Source: Puccinia triticina
Taxonomy: Eukaryota
Assembly: GCA_026914245.1 (NCBI GenBank)
Contig: CP110440.1
Coordinates: forward strand, 3,348,001 to 3,412,000
DNA length: 64,000 bases
Direction of reading: 5' to 3'
Shown here: one piece after another, positions 24,886 to 37,340 of the stretch
Layout of the letters: each line of letters starts with the position of its first letter
Position numbering within the stretch: the stretch's first letter is position 1
Translations under genes and position numbers: made by a program
Notes under the pieces: model-generated
Database searches by the model: none
Told to the model about the DNA's origin: nothing
Seen by the model: only the letters and a program-made list of their open reading frames with translations

Positions 24886-26318
24886 ATCAATCAGCTCAGA
24901 TGTTTTCTTCCTCTGCGCTGTCCTGCGGCGTTTGACAACTTTTTGCGGTCTATATCGGCAATTACAGATAAGAAGCCGAGGAATCTTTTGAGAGTATTTA
25001 GATTTTTTTATCTCTTCTTGTTTCGAAGATATAGACGATGCAATGGGGAATAAGTCCAACAAAAGAGTAAATAGCGGTGCGGAGGAGTCGCAATTCTGCA
25101 CTTTCACGAGTACACAAGGCGTAAAAAAAAAATTTCAAGGGTTCAGTTAGGAAATTTATCAATATAAAAGCAATTTTAGATAATTTTGGAAGAATTTTAG
25201 CGTTAGTAGGATATGTAGAAAAAATTTTAAAGTTGTTTTTTTCGAATTTTAAGAGTTTTTTGTTTGATTTAGTCAGGATGATCAGTCCTTTGGCTTTATA
25301 GTAGTCTAGAATTATGAAAAGGTGAGTAATTTTCCCGATGAGGCCCCCAATTGTGAGCCTGAGTCTCTATAGTGACAGCAGGACACAAGAAATGGGGGGG
25401 CAATAGTTGGATTTCTTGGGATAAAGAAATTACAACTATAAAAGAAAAAAGAGAAAGAGAGAGAGAAACCAAGCAGGATAAGAAGGAAGAGAAGTACTAG
25501 GTTATTCTAGTGGGAATGCACGTCCACTGGCAATGCTACTCTTCAGAAGAGTGCTGCTAATCTGTGCAAGAAGTGCTACAGCTTCCTCTCAGGAGGGTAT
25601 CTGGATTAGATAAGTCTTAATCCAGCCACAGTTTTTTAGACTTCTCTCTGGACAGTCAAGGTTCTTAAAGGGAAACCTGAGGGACAGCCCTGAACCTAGA
25701 TTTTGAGGCAAAGGCCTGAAGATAAGAAGGGACAGCCCTGTGATCAAGATGGAGGCAAAGGCCTATAGATTTGGAGGGACAGCCCTGTGATCAAGGAGGA
25801 AGCAAAGCAAGAAGAAAAGGCAGATCAAGCAAGACACAGAGTTGTACCTCTGAGATAATCAAGGTTCAGTGAAAGAGGTTACTTACTGTCAATATCCTAG
25901 GCGCCTGTGACGGTAGGTATACTGGGAGTAGAGTAGGCTCTTTGGTGGTGATCCTGGGGTTATCTGGGTGGTGGTTCTGGTGTGCTGAAGTCTGTGGATC
26001 CTCCAGCTGCATGGGGGATCCTGACTTCGAAAATTTTCAAAGTTGGATGACATAATCACACATGTACATGTGGTTGGGAGCGCTCAGGCGCGACTACACA
26101 ACGCTGCTGCGCATGTGTGTCACAAACCACAAACTCTATGAAGGAGTAGAGATATTGTAAAGTGATCAGTGAACACTGGGGTCAAAATTGCATGAGAAAT
26201 CAGAATCTGAAGTCAAAACAACCTTATGTTGTAAGGTTAAAAAGATATGAGCACATTTAGGCATAAAATGGAGATAAAAGGCAGTTTTAGGTCAACTGTG
26301 TTGACTCTAAGGCTGACA
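22695..26318 (-). mobile_element. Truncated Gypsy-type LTR retrotransposon: 5' LTR (25352-26318), PBS and gag-like ORF
   Basis: LTR TGTCAGCC...GGCTCACA (minus strand) is homologous to the solo LTR at 57219-58201. PBS tgggggcctcatcggga (25333-25349) is complementary to a tRNA 3' end (...GAGGCCCCCA, tRNA-Pro-like). A long ORF follows. Confidence 0.8.
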
Positions 26319-27036
26319 GAGAGCATCAAGCAGGATCCAGACTAACTTAACCAAGTACCCTTTTTGTGTAGCTGAGTAGGAACAGAGTCTCCAAGCACAC
26401 AGTGAGTTAATCAGACCTGTCACTGCTTGCCATGCATCTTGAAATCACCATAGATCTCTTGTTTGAAAGGCTTCATATGCAGTTGTGTGGGACAAAGTGA
26501 GAGGTTGCATACTCCCTATCCATGATTCAAGTTTGATTTTGTGAAACCTGTTGTCCAACAAAAAGAAAAGGGGGATGGAAAAATGATCATGCTCAGGCCA
26601 GGACAAGTGCACCCTGAGATAGAGGATGGCTTGGCTGTAGAAAGGTATGTAGCACACAATATTGGAACTAAGATGAATGATATCTCAACTGGCCTAGCTT
26701 AAGCCACTCAAACGGAGGGTGCAGAAGACCCGCGTGGAGCGCTCCCCATAGGAGAGGCTTATGAGTTATCTCTCAATTTAAGCAGGGGCAGAAATTGTCT
26801 GCTACACAAAAAGGAAAAAATGATTAAAAAAGCTTGAATAGACAGGATTGTAGATTCCTTCCTTGTGAAGAATTTGTGCTACTCACTGTTCTTTTAGCAA
26901 TAAAAATGATTCCTGGAGTAACAAACCAATTGAGCCTAATTTGGAAAACTTGCAAGAGGCTGGGGGAGGAGCTCTAAAAAATTCAAAAGCTCCCAGCCAA
27001 ACAAACCTTCTGCTCCCGCATAAGTTCTGCAATAAT

Positions 27037-27097
27037 ACACAAGTCCCTCCCTGCAGGAGGGGTCAATTTGCCGCCCGCCACCAGGGAGGACTTGTGT
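27037..27097. repeat. Mini hairpin element (family also at 48206-48284)
   Basis: acacaagtccctccctg ... cagggaggacttgtgt inverted repeat. The same right end occurs at ~17718-17735. Confidence 0.5.
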
Positions 27098-28337
27098 TAA
27101 GTTAGACAAATGGCAGTTGAGATTATTTTTCTCATAGTAATGTAGAAATTCAAAGTCTTGCATGAAGTTCTACACCGCAATCATTTGGTGATCTATTTTT
27201 TGTCCTACTACCAGCACACATGGCTGTGCTGCATCACTCCTGGCTGAACTGGGTTACTTGCATCAGTCGAAGAGGGGTTAATGTTGCCCAGCCAGCTTTT
27301 CTGGTATCCACACCAAGTCTGCAAATTGGTGAGCAATTTTGATTCCAAAATGATTTTAGAAGTCCACTTTGAACACCTTTTAATATACTTGTCCTCTGCA
27401 TTGGATGAACTCTCAGTATGAGATCTGGGCTTGCAGATCTGACAAGAATCAACTGATTTGTTACTGAGGTTAGCTCAGGTCATTGAAAGAGCCTAACACT
27501 TAAAAGTTGGTACATTTACAAATCACTCACTCTGGATGCAGGGGACCCATCAGAGCAATTGTAATTATGAGTGCAATTGTGTTAGTGTGCATAAGGTACA
27601 CATGGATCATCAGCTTTTGCAAAGTGGGGTGTTTCTTGTCATGTCAGTTACCCATGTCACTGAGAAGTCTAGCTCAGCACCAGTCTTCCTTAGACCACTT
27701 CCAAGCGCGGGAAGAAACGACAATAATTATCAAGTCCACACTCAGGTAGGGCCATTTCTTACACAGAAAATGTTTAAGGGAAAATATATATAATTGTTTT
27801 CCATATCAAGACATATATTTATGTATATATGTGCATATAAAACAGTTTAGAACAACCCCGATATTGTGTGCTTGAACTACAACGTTTTCGCTTTCTATGA
27901 GAACAAAAGTCACACCCGCTTGATAGATCGGTTATAGAATCAATACGCTTGAGTTGGACTACTTCGTAGCCCTGATGTTTGACTAGACAAATGCGCGCAT
28001 CGATGATCCCACTAATTAACGGGTATGCGGAAAGAAATCGTATGCGGCCAAGGTGGAAAAGGAGAGAGGAAATGTGAGTTGGGACAAGGAGAAAGCCATA
28101 GCATTATTTTCCCGGTTGTGTTTCTCCACCCTTTTGTGTTCCTAGAGGAAGCTTGGAATGAGAGTGTATTAAGCAACTTGTTGGCATTTGGCGGAGGACG
28201 TTCCGGGGAAAGAGTAGCTTTGAAAAAGAACGGGAATAGAAGGCAAGGTAAAGATATCGATAACACAGACGTGCTCCTATCGAAGTTGTGCTTGGCAAGT
28301 CGCCACGATGGTCAACTTGCGGAGTTCCAAGGTGGTT

Positions 28338-29843
28338 TTATTGTTGAGCCGCTAATGAGGGCTCAATTGCTGGTCGGTCGGTTTGGACTTCAGTCGGAAG
28401 GCCAGCCAGTTTCATTTTGACTGCCATCTCAAGCAAGTAATCCAAGCATTCAGCTTGGCATTTAGCTTGTTCCCAGTCTGTTTTTTTTTTTTTTTCCAAA
28501 ACGAGGATCAGTCAATAAGGGATGAAATCAAAGCCTAGTGATGGAAGGAAGCATGTGCACCACGGACCTTTTCCCCACGAATAGGTCCCATGTCTGCGGA
28601 CTAAAACTGCCGGACTAGGATTGGTTCAAAAAAGGAGGTTTTTCGGTGATCAGTATTGGCAGGGCCTGTAATAAGAGAAACATGGAAGGTATGACTAAGG
28701 AATATTGATGGTGGAAAGCTTCAAAGCTCGGTGGAGAGGCCAGTGGAGGCCCTAAGCTTATCGAAAAAACTCGAGGAGGGCTTACGCGTCGGGGTATCGC
28801 AACATTGCCTATTGAATCGGATGGCGAGTTGCAGGAAGAATAAGAAAGTTAGTATGACCGAAAGGTGATCGCAACAAGCAAAGAGCTTGGACTATAACCT
28901 GCCTTTTCCATGTCCTCACGCAAATCCTCTTCGTGAGGTGTGTTCTCGATAATGGGAACGATAAGGGTGTCTAGGTAGCTCATCGATTTTTCGGTTCTTT
29001 TGGTCGTTTTGTTAAGGAGAGATAGCGCTTAGTTCGATATACACGCGCGAGAAGCGGTCAAATATCAAGCTCACCCTTTGACTCTCATCCCTTTGATCAT
29101 TTCCAGATGGCTGCAACGGAATTCTTGACCTGGCCAAAGTAAGGTCGCCATGACAGCATGCTGACTGTGTGTGTGGATACATGCGCCTGCACTGCGATGC
29201 TCGTACCTAAATCGATGAAGATAGAGCAGGAGAGTTAGGACCCGATAAAGATTGAAGCGAGCGCTAGCGGAAGAGATCAGAGCTAACGCATTGAAGAAGA
29301 GCGGTGTGCACGCCGATTGCTTCAAAGGGGTCGAAGGTCTTCGGAGTTGTTCGCGGGTAAACAAGTCAAGGATGAAGATATCACAAGGTTTCATCCGCTC
29401 CTTCTGCACTCCGGAAGGCGCGACGAAGACGTGATCCCTACGCGAATGGTTGTCGCGCAACGGGAAGCATGTCAGGTTATGCGTCCAAGCTGCGGATGAT
29501 ACACAACCAAACTACTGATCAAAAACACCCTTACTTCTGCCGAATTGAGATCCCGCCACCGGTACCAGTCACCCAGCCGAGTTGGTAAAAATTGCGGCAG
29601 AGCTCACAGATCAGGTTTGCAGGATGCATGGGGTCCTGTGATGAAAGCGAACACAGATCGAAAGGTTAACGTTGGATCCCAGGCCCCTCGGCTCGATCTA
29701 TGGACCAGGATTCATGTGGAGTTGGCAAGAACGATCGACGGTGGGGTGGCTGGTGGACGGACGTTTGAGTTGACCCATTCAGCCGAAGTATTGTCCAGAC
29801 AGACCTCTAAGCTCTTTCCTTGGGAAGCCAGTGATTCACACAT
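28338..29843 (-). CDS. MDE1: Methylthioribulose-1-phosphate dehydratase (methionine salvage; class II aldolase fold)
   Basis: Spliced reading MCESLA...[32 protein letters not shown] / [12 protein letters not shown] / KQSACTPLF / [13 protein letters not shown] / LEMIKG / [13 protein letters not shown] / [14 protein letters not shown] / [15 protein letters not shown]...*, matching MDE1/APIP motifs. Confidence 0.95.
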
Positions 29844-30139
29844 CTCTCTGACCTGGGTTGAGTTGAGTTGAAGGTCTGGTCAGTTCCTCTTTCTGTCTTT
29901 CTGTTAGTGGGTGGTCCGGTCATCAGGTTGAGAAGTTGCCGCCTTCCGGTCGGCCTCGCCCGGGCACTTCGGGGTCGGCTGGCTGCTCGGGGATCCTATG
30001 GCGGCCAGCCGCCGAGGGACCCCGGCGCGGGAACGGTCGAAATCCCCTAGCCTCTTGACAGCCGGCTCTATGCACCCCGGAGGGGGTGTGGGATTGACAG
30101 AGACATGCAAAACGAGAAACAGATCGAACCGAAAGATGA

Positions 30140-30579
30140 CTAACGTGTGGGATCGATTTCGCATTCTTCGCCAAATACTTATCGATCGATGCCTCGGTTC
30201 TTGCTCGTTTTTGGGGATCACCCAACTTGTGAAGTGCCATCAGATGTTCATGCATACTCTTCGTGCTCCCCGTCTTATCCTTCTTTAACACTCTTCCACA
30301 TGGATCGCCACCACGCTTTACAACTGTGCATTTGACTGACGTTCCATTGTCGATTTCGATGAAGTGGGCCCAGACCCAACTACGCTTGTTGGAACCTGAG
30401 GGACTGGTATAAGTCGTCACGGGCGTCGATGGTGTTTGAAAACTGGTGCTTCCGTCGAGCCGCAAGTCCTTGTTATCCAAAACCTCAATGTCGCCCATTT
30501 GAATTTCAGTTGGTTCTAAAGCCATCGCCACAACGTATTCTGCTGCCGTCACCAGACTACTTTCCTCACCGCTGCACAA
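30140..30579 (-). pseudogene. BED zinc-finger exon (hAT transposase N-terminus relic or small BED protein)
   Basis: KRSWVWAHF...VKCTV...CGRVLK..GSTKSMHEHLMALH fits the BED finger consensus. No DDE domain downstream. Confidence 0.75.
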
Positions 30580-31610
30580 AGAAGATCAAGGGGTTCCGGA
30601 CAGAGATTAGGAATTGCGGGTTGTCACTCGAGGGAAGAGGTCGATAGCTGGGATCTTCGACTGGGCGAAATCGATGTGGAGTGATGGATGGGTTGAACGT
30701 TCGTCGTCTGAACCCCTAACCCGGGCCCCGGACAGCTTCCCGAAGAGGGGTTGATTACGTAGGCATGAATATACATACATATGTATAAGCTCGGCTGCCA
30801 GGGGCCATATGGATTTGAGAATGTGCGCTTTACGCGCATGGCCCAGTCTCGCAGCTTTCCAGGGGTCAGAGATGTGACACCCAGCGTTTTTCAGTTTTGT
30901 GACAGATCAATGTACTCCCTTCTTGGCCAATCCATTGGGCAATGAGGAGCAGGAAATATGTAGGGCGTCTTCAGGTTCGCGGTGAATAAACGCTACGTAT
31001 GAGAACTGCTAGCCGTTTGCACATGCACTATCTGCCTGCAAACTACTCGATCTGATTGCACAGACATCTCAATTGTCTCAATATAAGGAGCATTCAAATT
31101 TAATGCCCCAGCTGATCCATATCTTTTGATTAGCTGGCCGTAGTAAGTGGTTATACAGAAAGAAACGAAGATTCAAACTTGAAGCTCCAGACTTTGAACT
31201 CGCACCATTGGGAGCCAGGATAATCTTCAGAAATTGGTGGAGCAAGCACATTTACATACATGGATTTGAAAATTTGGTTTTCTGGCATTCATTTTGAACT
31301 TGGCTTGAATATGGAGCTCAGGTGATGGGAATCTGAAAGAAACTATTTTGATTAAATATTTGCAGATAAATTCTCTTTTTTTAATGATTTGTTGAATTTC
31401 TGGAGGAATTAATCATAGGGCAGTTCATATTTTATCCAAAATTTTACTAAATTTTTCAGCTCATGCACCCTCTTAGCTGGTTTGATGCTGGCAAATTTTA
31501 TAAAAAGTTGCACTCAAAAATTAGCCTCCAAAGATACTGTTACCAACCAGGCTGGACCCCTTGGATGGTGCAGCAGTGGTGGTGCAATGTGATTCTAATT
31601 ATTTAATATA

Positions 31611-32354
31611 CAAACTTACTTCGCGCACTGCAAAAAACACTTCGCGCACTGCACAGTGCGCGGATTCCCAAACACTTCGTGCACTGCGGGTAAAATACGC
31701 AACTTTTTGAAGGTTTTTCTTGACCAATCAATAGAAAGGCTTCCCATTGGCCTCTCTGAATTTTTTGGGAGTTTTTTGAAGCATTCTTCTATATTAAAAA
31801 AATGATTAAAACCAAGAAGAAATGTAGGATTTGGGCGCCTAAAAAACAAGGTTCCCATGGCCCAAAAATTTCAAATAATTTATTGAGTCATGAAACATGT
31901 AAGAACAGCTACTTTGAAAATTTTCAGCCACTTTTTGCAAGCATACAGGTCTGAAAAATAAGAAAATTCACCACATATTAGCTCATTGCATCTAAATTAT
32001 CCTCATTTTTCAGACCTGTATCCTTGCAAAAAGTGGCTAAAAAATTCTGAAGTAGGTTTTATTACATGTTCCATTACTCAATAAATGATTTGGAATTTTG
32101 GGGCTATGAGAACCTTGTTTTTTAGGCGCCCAAATCCTACATTTCTTCTTGGTTTTAAAGATTTTTTTTAACATAGAAGAATGCTTCATAAAACTTCCAA
32201 AAAATTCAGAGAGGCCAATGGGAAGCCTGTCTATTGATTGGTCAAGAAAAACCTTCAAAAAGTTGCTTATTTTACCCGCAGTGCGCGAAGTGTTTGGGAA
32301 TCCGCGCACTGTGCAGTGCGCGAAGTGTTTTTTGCAGTGCGCGAAGTAAGTCCG
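31611..32354. mobile_element. Fold-back MITE (~745 bp, almost fully palindromic)
   Basis: ~340-bp inverted arms: acttacttcgcgcactgcaaaaaacacttcgcgcactgcacagtgcgcggattcccaaacac and its reverse complement ending at 32351. Confidence 0.88.
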
Positions 32355-33679
32355 TTAATATATTCAAATCACCCAATGTTGCTCTTGAGGTTTCATGTAA
32401 GAGCTACATAATTCATGTACGTTTCATCCACCATTTGGATGTGAAACTTAAATTTTACTTGACCAAGTCAGATAGAAACATGGTACTGAACAAGCAATTG
32501 ATGGTCAAGATTTTATTGGACTAGGGAGCTGAGTTTAATTCATTCCTGTCCTTGTTTTTTAGTATAGCATCCAAGAAAAACAGGAGAGTCCGAGAGAGTG
32601 GTAGAAAGCTTGTTATTATCATGAATGAGGCTGTGATCTTGACTGTTTTTTTTTCCTGCCATGACTTCAATTTTCTAAACCAATTATATTTCAAGATCAT
32701 TGGAGTAGTTATTTTAAAAGAACATGTTTAAGTCTGTGATGTGCTAAAAATTAGGCCTCATGCGCAAAAGGGAAAATTCCAACCATGAAAAATCACAGGC
32801 AAGAAAACAAGGCAGGCAAGTAGCACATTTTGTATGCAGAGGCTCTAATAAATAGACCTCAGTCTATTCCATAGCATGTAAGACAGGAAGGTACTCACTC
32901 TACTCTACAAGAGGCTGCATCAGTGGCCTCAGGGATCAGACACAGGATGGCTTAGATTCATCAAGAGGCTGTATCAGTGGCCTTAGGGATCAGACACAGG
33001 ATGGCTTAAAGTTAGATTCATCCTTGGCTGGGCAACAGCTCATTTTAAAATGTTTGAGCAAAAAATATGCTCCCCAAAATGGATCAAACTTCATCTAAGA
33101 AAAATGCACAGTGTGCATCCAAAGTGGATAAATTTGAGAGGGCAGATATGGTGATTTGCAAATTTTTTCACCTGAGCACTAAATGTGATAGGTTTTGATT
33201 TTGGAATTGGGGGTAGTTTTAAGTACAACAGCAATTCCCATAAACACCATCAGTTATGCATGTATGAAGATGATATTGGCAATTGGGCAGTTTTTTGGGG
33301 TGTGATTCACCAACCCTGATCAAAATGTGGATTGTGTGGTGCCTGTTTGACAATTCCAACAGAAAAACTGTATATTCTTGCTTATTGCTCTGACAATATC
33401 TTTGGGATTTCGACCTGAGACTTTGCCAGATATTGAGTGTTGCAGCAATATTCTGTTTTAAGTAGGCCACTACAACTTATCCAACATCATCTTTACTTAC
33501 TGGCTGAGATTAGTAATAGCAAAGCACAAACTGTGAAAACAGAATATCAAGCAAGTGTTGAGTGCAGTTGTTGATAGGGATAAAAGAAGGATGGGTGGTT
33601 TCCTTTTCCCCAGTGAACACATTAATCTACAACACAGAACCATAATAATATTTTTAATCTCCTGAAAGAATCTGTAAGC

Positions 33680-35346
33680 ATGTTTTGCATCCAAAAAGCA
33701 TCATTGGGTGTTGCTCTTTTACATTTTAAATTGATCACTACAACTACTGAAGGGATCTTTCCAACCATCAAGCACAACACGGATTCAGAGATATTTGGAG
33801 ACCTTGGAGAAATAGTCAACTGTAATCCATCACTGCATTCACCAATGCAGATCTCAGATAAAAGCACTTTTTCTAACATGGACATAGATTTATACAACCC
33901 CATGCCAAGTGGTGGGCTCTTGCTTGAATTTCTTTCATACAATTTATATTAGGGGCTGATCAATGTGTTCTCCTTTTTTTAGATTCCTTCCACAATTCTT
34001 TTCCCAACATTTGCAATAATCTGATCTATAGTCCCGGATCAGAGCCAACCTCCAGCTTGAGTGCAAGTGGTGTAGTTGGGGAAAACAGTCAGTTCAAATC
34101 CAGGTTCTCAACCTTTAGGGGATTTTGTTTGCTGGTTGTAAGCGGGCATACCCTGATGAAACCATTTGGTTTCCAAACATACATATATAGGTATTCAAGA
34201 TACAAACAGTGACTATCAAAATTCAAACCAGTTTCTCAAAGAATGTGAATTTCAAAAAGAGTTGGGAGTGGACCAACAAGCCTGGCATCAATTTCTGCCT
34301 CCATTAAAATCAAAAAACAAGCCAAATGCTCAAAGTAAGAGAGATTATCCTCAAAACTACTGAATAATCCATTTTCTTTCCTGTAAAAGTGAGTTTCTTA
34401 CGAACTGATGAAACTGGTTTAGCTCACAATCATCTAGTACCACACCTCAGTTATTTGAAAGCAAGAGCAAAATCTATGAAAGGTCATCAAAAATTAAATG
34501 AAATCTGGATGCCTACCAACAATCATAATCCTGAGAGTGTCATCCAACCAAAAAAAACAAACTGGAAGTAAAAAGATCAACAAAGCTTCCCAATTAGCAA
34601 CTGGGCCAATTTATAGGGAACTCCAGGAAACTTGTAGAGAAAAAAAACTCCTGGATCAAGCCAAGAGGTCCCACAAATCAATGCACTTTCAGAATACCAG
34701 GGATAGGGAAGCAGCCAAAGATCTAATGAAGAAGATTGAAAATAATATAGAAGCATTAGAAAGAGCATACAAGGTCCCAATTACCCAAGGATACACAGCT
34801 GAATTGATAAATTTTTCACAGAAAACAGATTCAGAACTTGAAGACAAATATATTGCTATTTATGATTTAACAACAACTTCCAGTTTCAACTTTGAGAAAT
34901 TGCCAAAAGAGGGAAAGGAGGAAAGTCAAAATGCCTACATCAAGATGCCATTGACAGCAGAAAAAAGGGTGGCCAAAGAAAAAGCTAAGCGCCTTGTGAT
35001 TAGAACCAAAATGCTTGGAAAGTACTTAAATCATCTCAACCACTATTTTACTCATTTTGAGCAGGATGCACAACTACAGGGTGTGATTGGAGATGAAGAC
35101 CACCAAAATCTTCTGGAGTGGTTTTACATTTTAGTATTTAAGGACACTGAGGATCATCCACCCCTCCTGGGGTGGTCCAAAATGAATTTTCTAGAAGAAG
35201 AAAACCACAAGAAATTCAATCAAGCTCAGATTCTTATTTACAAAGCTTTAACACAGCAAGGTATGCTAACACTCCATGAAGCTGCTTATGTTGCAATCAA
35301 GTTGCGCAAAATCAGGTTAAAATCAAAAATTTCCAACTTACACTGA
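33680..35346 (+). pseudogene. Lineage-specific secreted-type protein gene, probably degenerate
   Basis: Hydrophobic N-terminus (MFCIQKASLGVALLHFKLI), an apparent intron at ~33909-33982, a broken middle, and a 282-aa C-terminal ORF containing HQNLLEWFYILVF..PPLLGW. Function unknown. Confidence 0.5.
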
Positions 35347-36413
35347 AGAAAACTTTTTAATGGAAGAACCAGAATCCAACTAACTTAAATCCACAGAATT
35401 CTGGACATTGAGATGTAAGTTTTGGCGTCTACAATTGTCAAAAAAGAAACTTAAATCTATTATATACACACTACAATTACACAAAACTACGGATGTTGAA
35501 AAATCCCCGAAGACCCGAAGGCCCTATGGATGACCCTCCAGCTGTGCCGGAGCAACAAGCAAAAGAGGGCCGGTTGTTAAACTAGCCAGGGAGGCCCTAA
35601 TCAAGTAATTAGGTGGCTCCCAGGGAGGGGGCGGAACGAAACCGAATCCCCTGGGGTTCCTTTGACTCTACACACCCTCCTTATATACCTTTCGGCCATC
35701 AACTCGACACACCTTCATCACAAAGCCGCATTAGCCACTTGTTGCGCGTTCCTCAATCCATCACCACGCCAACAGTCTCCGCCCCACTGTCTGCCCAGAT
35801 TGTCTTCCCACTTCCAACCAACCGTCCATTCAACCCCTGCGCCACATTACATGACTGTGGCGCACGGTCCCAGTTGCAAACACCTCCTTGTCTCCTTCAC
35901 CAGGGCACAATACACGCCATTTTTGACCACTTCAACCTTAGATGTCTGCCCTTCACTCGCCTACATCAGACCATTCACTACCACCACCCCGCCCAACAGC
36001 GCTAGGACTACACAATTAATTCAAACCGTACGTGTCACTTCTGCCCCTCGTCTTTATTCTATCAACTCACCGGTCCTCAAATGGCCCGCCACTACCAACC
36101 AGACCACGCCCGATCACTCTCGGCGTATCTGTCGCAGTTGTGACTGGCCTGGCATTTCCTCACCTATGCTACCAAGACTTTCTGATCCCTCCAGACACAA
36201 ATTTCTATGGCAACGAGCAACAATAATCTCCCTTTCAACCTGGTTCAGTTAATCTACAACCCTACTTTCGCGCTGTTGCGTGCCACGGTAAACCACGGGC
36301 ACTACTCGCTTTGCCCACCACGCGGCCCCCTCGACGTGGCACGCGAAGTCAAGGAATCCCACTGAGCGTATCTCACACCAGCAACCTTGTTTGTAGAGAC
36401 TGTAAAATGAAGA

Positions 36414-36499
36414 TGTGTCTGGTGAGAGTCGAACTCACGACCTCAGCTATGCTGAGACACATACTAGAGTGCTGCCTTTACCAACTAGGCTACAGACGC
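36414..36499 (-). ncRNA. tRNA-like unit in TRIM LTR, copy 1
   Basis: GCGTCTG-TA-GCCT AGTTGGTAA AGGC-A-GCAC TCTAGTAT GTGT-CTCAGC ATA GCTGAG-GTC-GTGAG TTCGACT CTCAC-CAGACAC-A folds as a cloverleaf with a long variable arm. A and B boxes intact. Confidence 0.8.
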
Positions 36500-36835
36500 T
36501 TGTGGCTGCCAGCTGGGTGGTTGGTTGGTAGTGCTCATGGGTCGATCCGACAGCCCTCCATACTGTGGTGATACATCATGGTAGCAGACTAACAGACAAC
36601 TCAACACCCCCCCTTGCTACATGATGGGAAGTGGGGATTGACCCCAAGAGAGAGTGGGAATGAGACCCAGGAAAGATGATCAGCGTAGGGATTGAACCCG
36701 TGATCTAGATGTAGGCTTATAGGGGTTTGCGTGGTCTTACAAGTAAGCATTCACAAATTCATCAAGTCTCTATTGTAAGCGAGTAACGCTCAGGTAGCTC
36801 TGGGCTCATAACCTGTAGAGACTGTAAAATGAAGA

Positions 36836-36921
36836 TGTGTCTGGTGAGAGTCGAACTCACGACCTCAGCTATGCTGAGACACATACTAGAGTGCTGCCTT
36901 TACCAACTAGGCTACAGACGC
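36836..36921 (-). ncRNA. tRNA-like unit in TRIM LTR, copy 2
   Basis: Same sequence as copy 1. Confidence 0.8.
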
Positions 36922-37254
36922 TTGTGGCTGCCAGCTGGGTGGTTGGTTGGTAGTGCTCATGGGTCGATCCGACAGCCCTCCATACTGTGGTGATACATCA
37001 TGGTAGCAGACTAACAGACCCACGCAAACCCCTATAAGCCTACATCTAGATCACGGGTTCAATCCCTACGCTGATCATCTTTCCTGGGTCTCATTCCCAC
37101 TCTCTCTTGGGGTCAATCCCCACTTCCCATCATGTAGCAAGGGGGGGTGTTGAGTTGTCTGTTAGTCTGCTACCATGATGTATCACCACAGTATGGAGGG
37201 CTGTCGGATCGACCCATGAGCACTACCAACCAACCACCCAGCTGGCAGCCACAA

Positions 37255-37340
37255 GCGTCTGTAGCCTAGTTGGTAAAGGCAGCACTCTAGTATGTGTCTC
37301 AGCATAGCTGAGGTCGTGAGTTTGACTCTCACCAGACACA
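37255..37340 (+). ncRNA. tRNA-like unit in TRIM LTR, copy 3 (B box mutated)
   Basis: As copy 1, but GAGTTTGACTC replaces GAGTTCGACTC. Confidence 0.75.

Noticed and set aside
32909..33010. ~53-bp tandem duplication
   Set aside because: Two-copy local duplication with no further structure.
36414..37340. Three functional tRNA genes or an amber suppressor (CTA in the loop)
   Set aside because: The anticodon arm has a 4-bp stem with an 8-nt loop, the acceptor has a mismatch, and all copies lie in LTRs. No anticodon can be assigned reliably.
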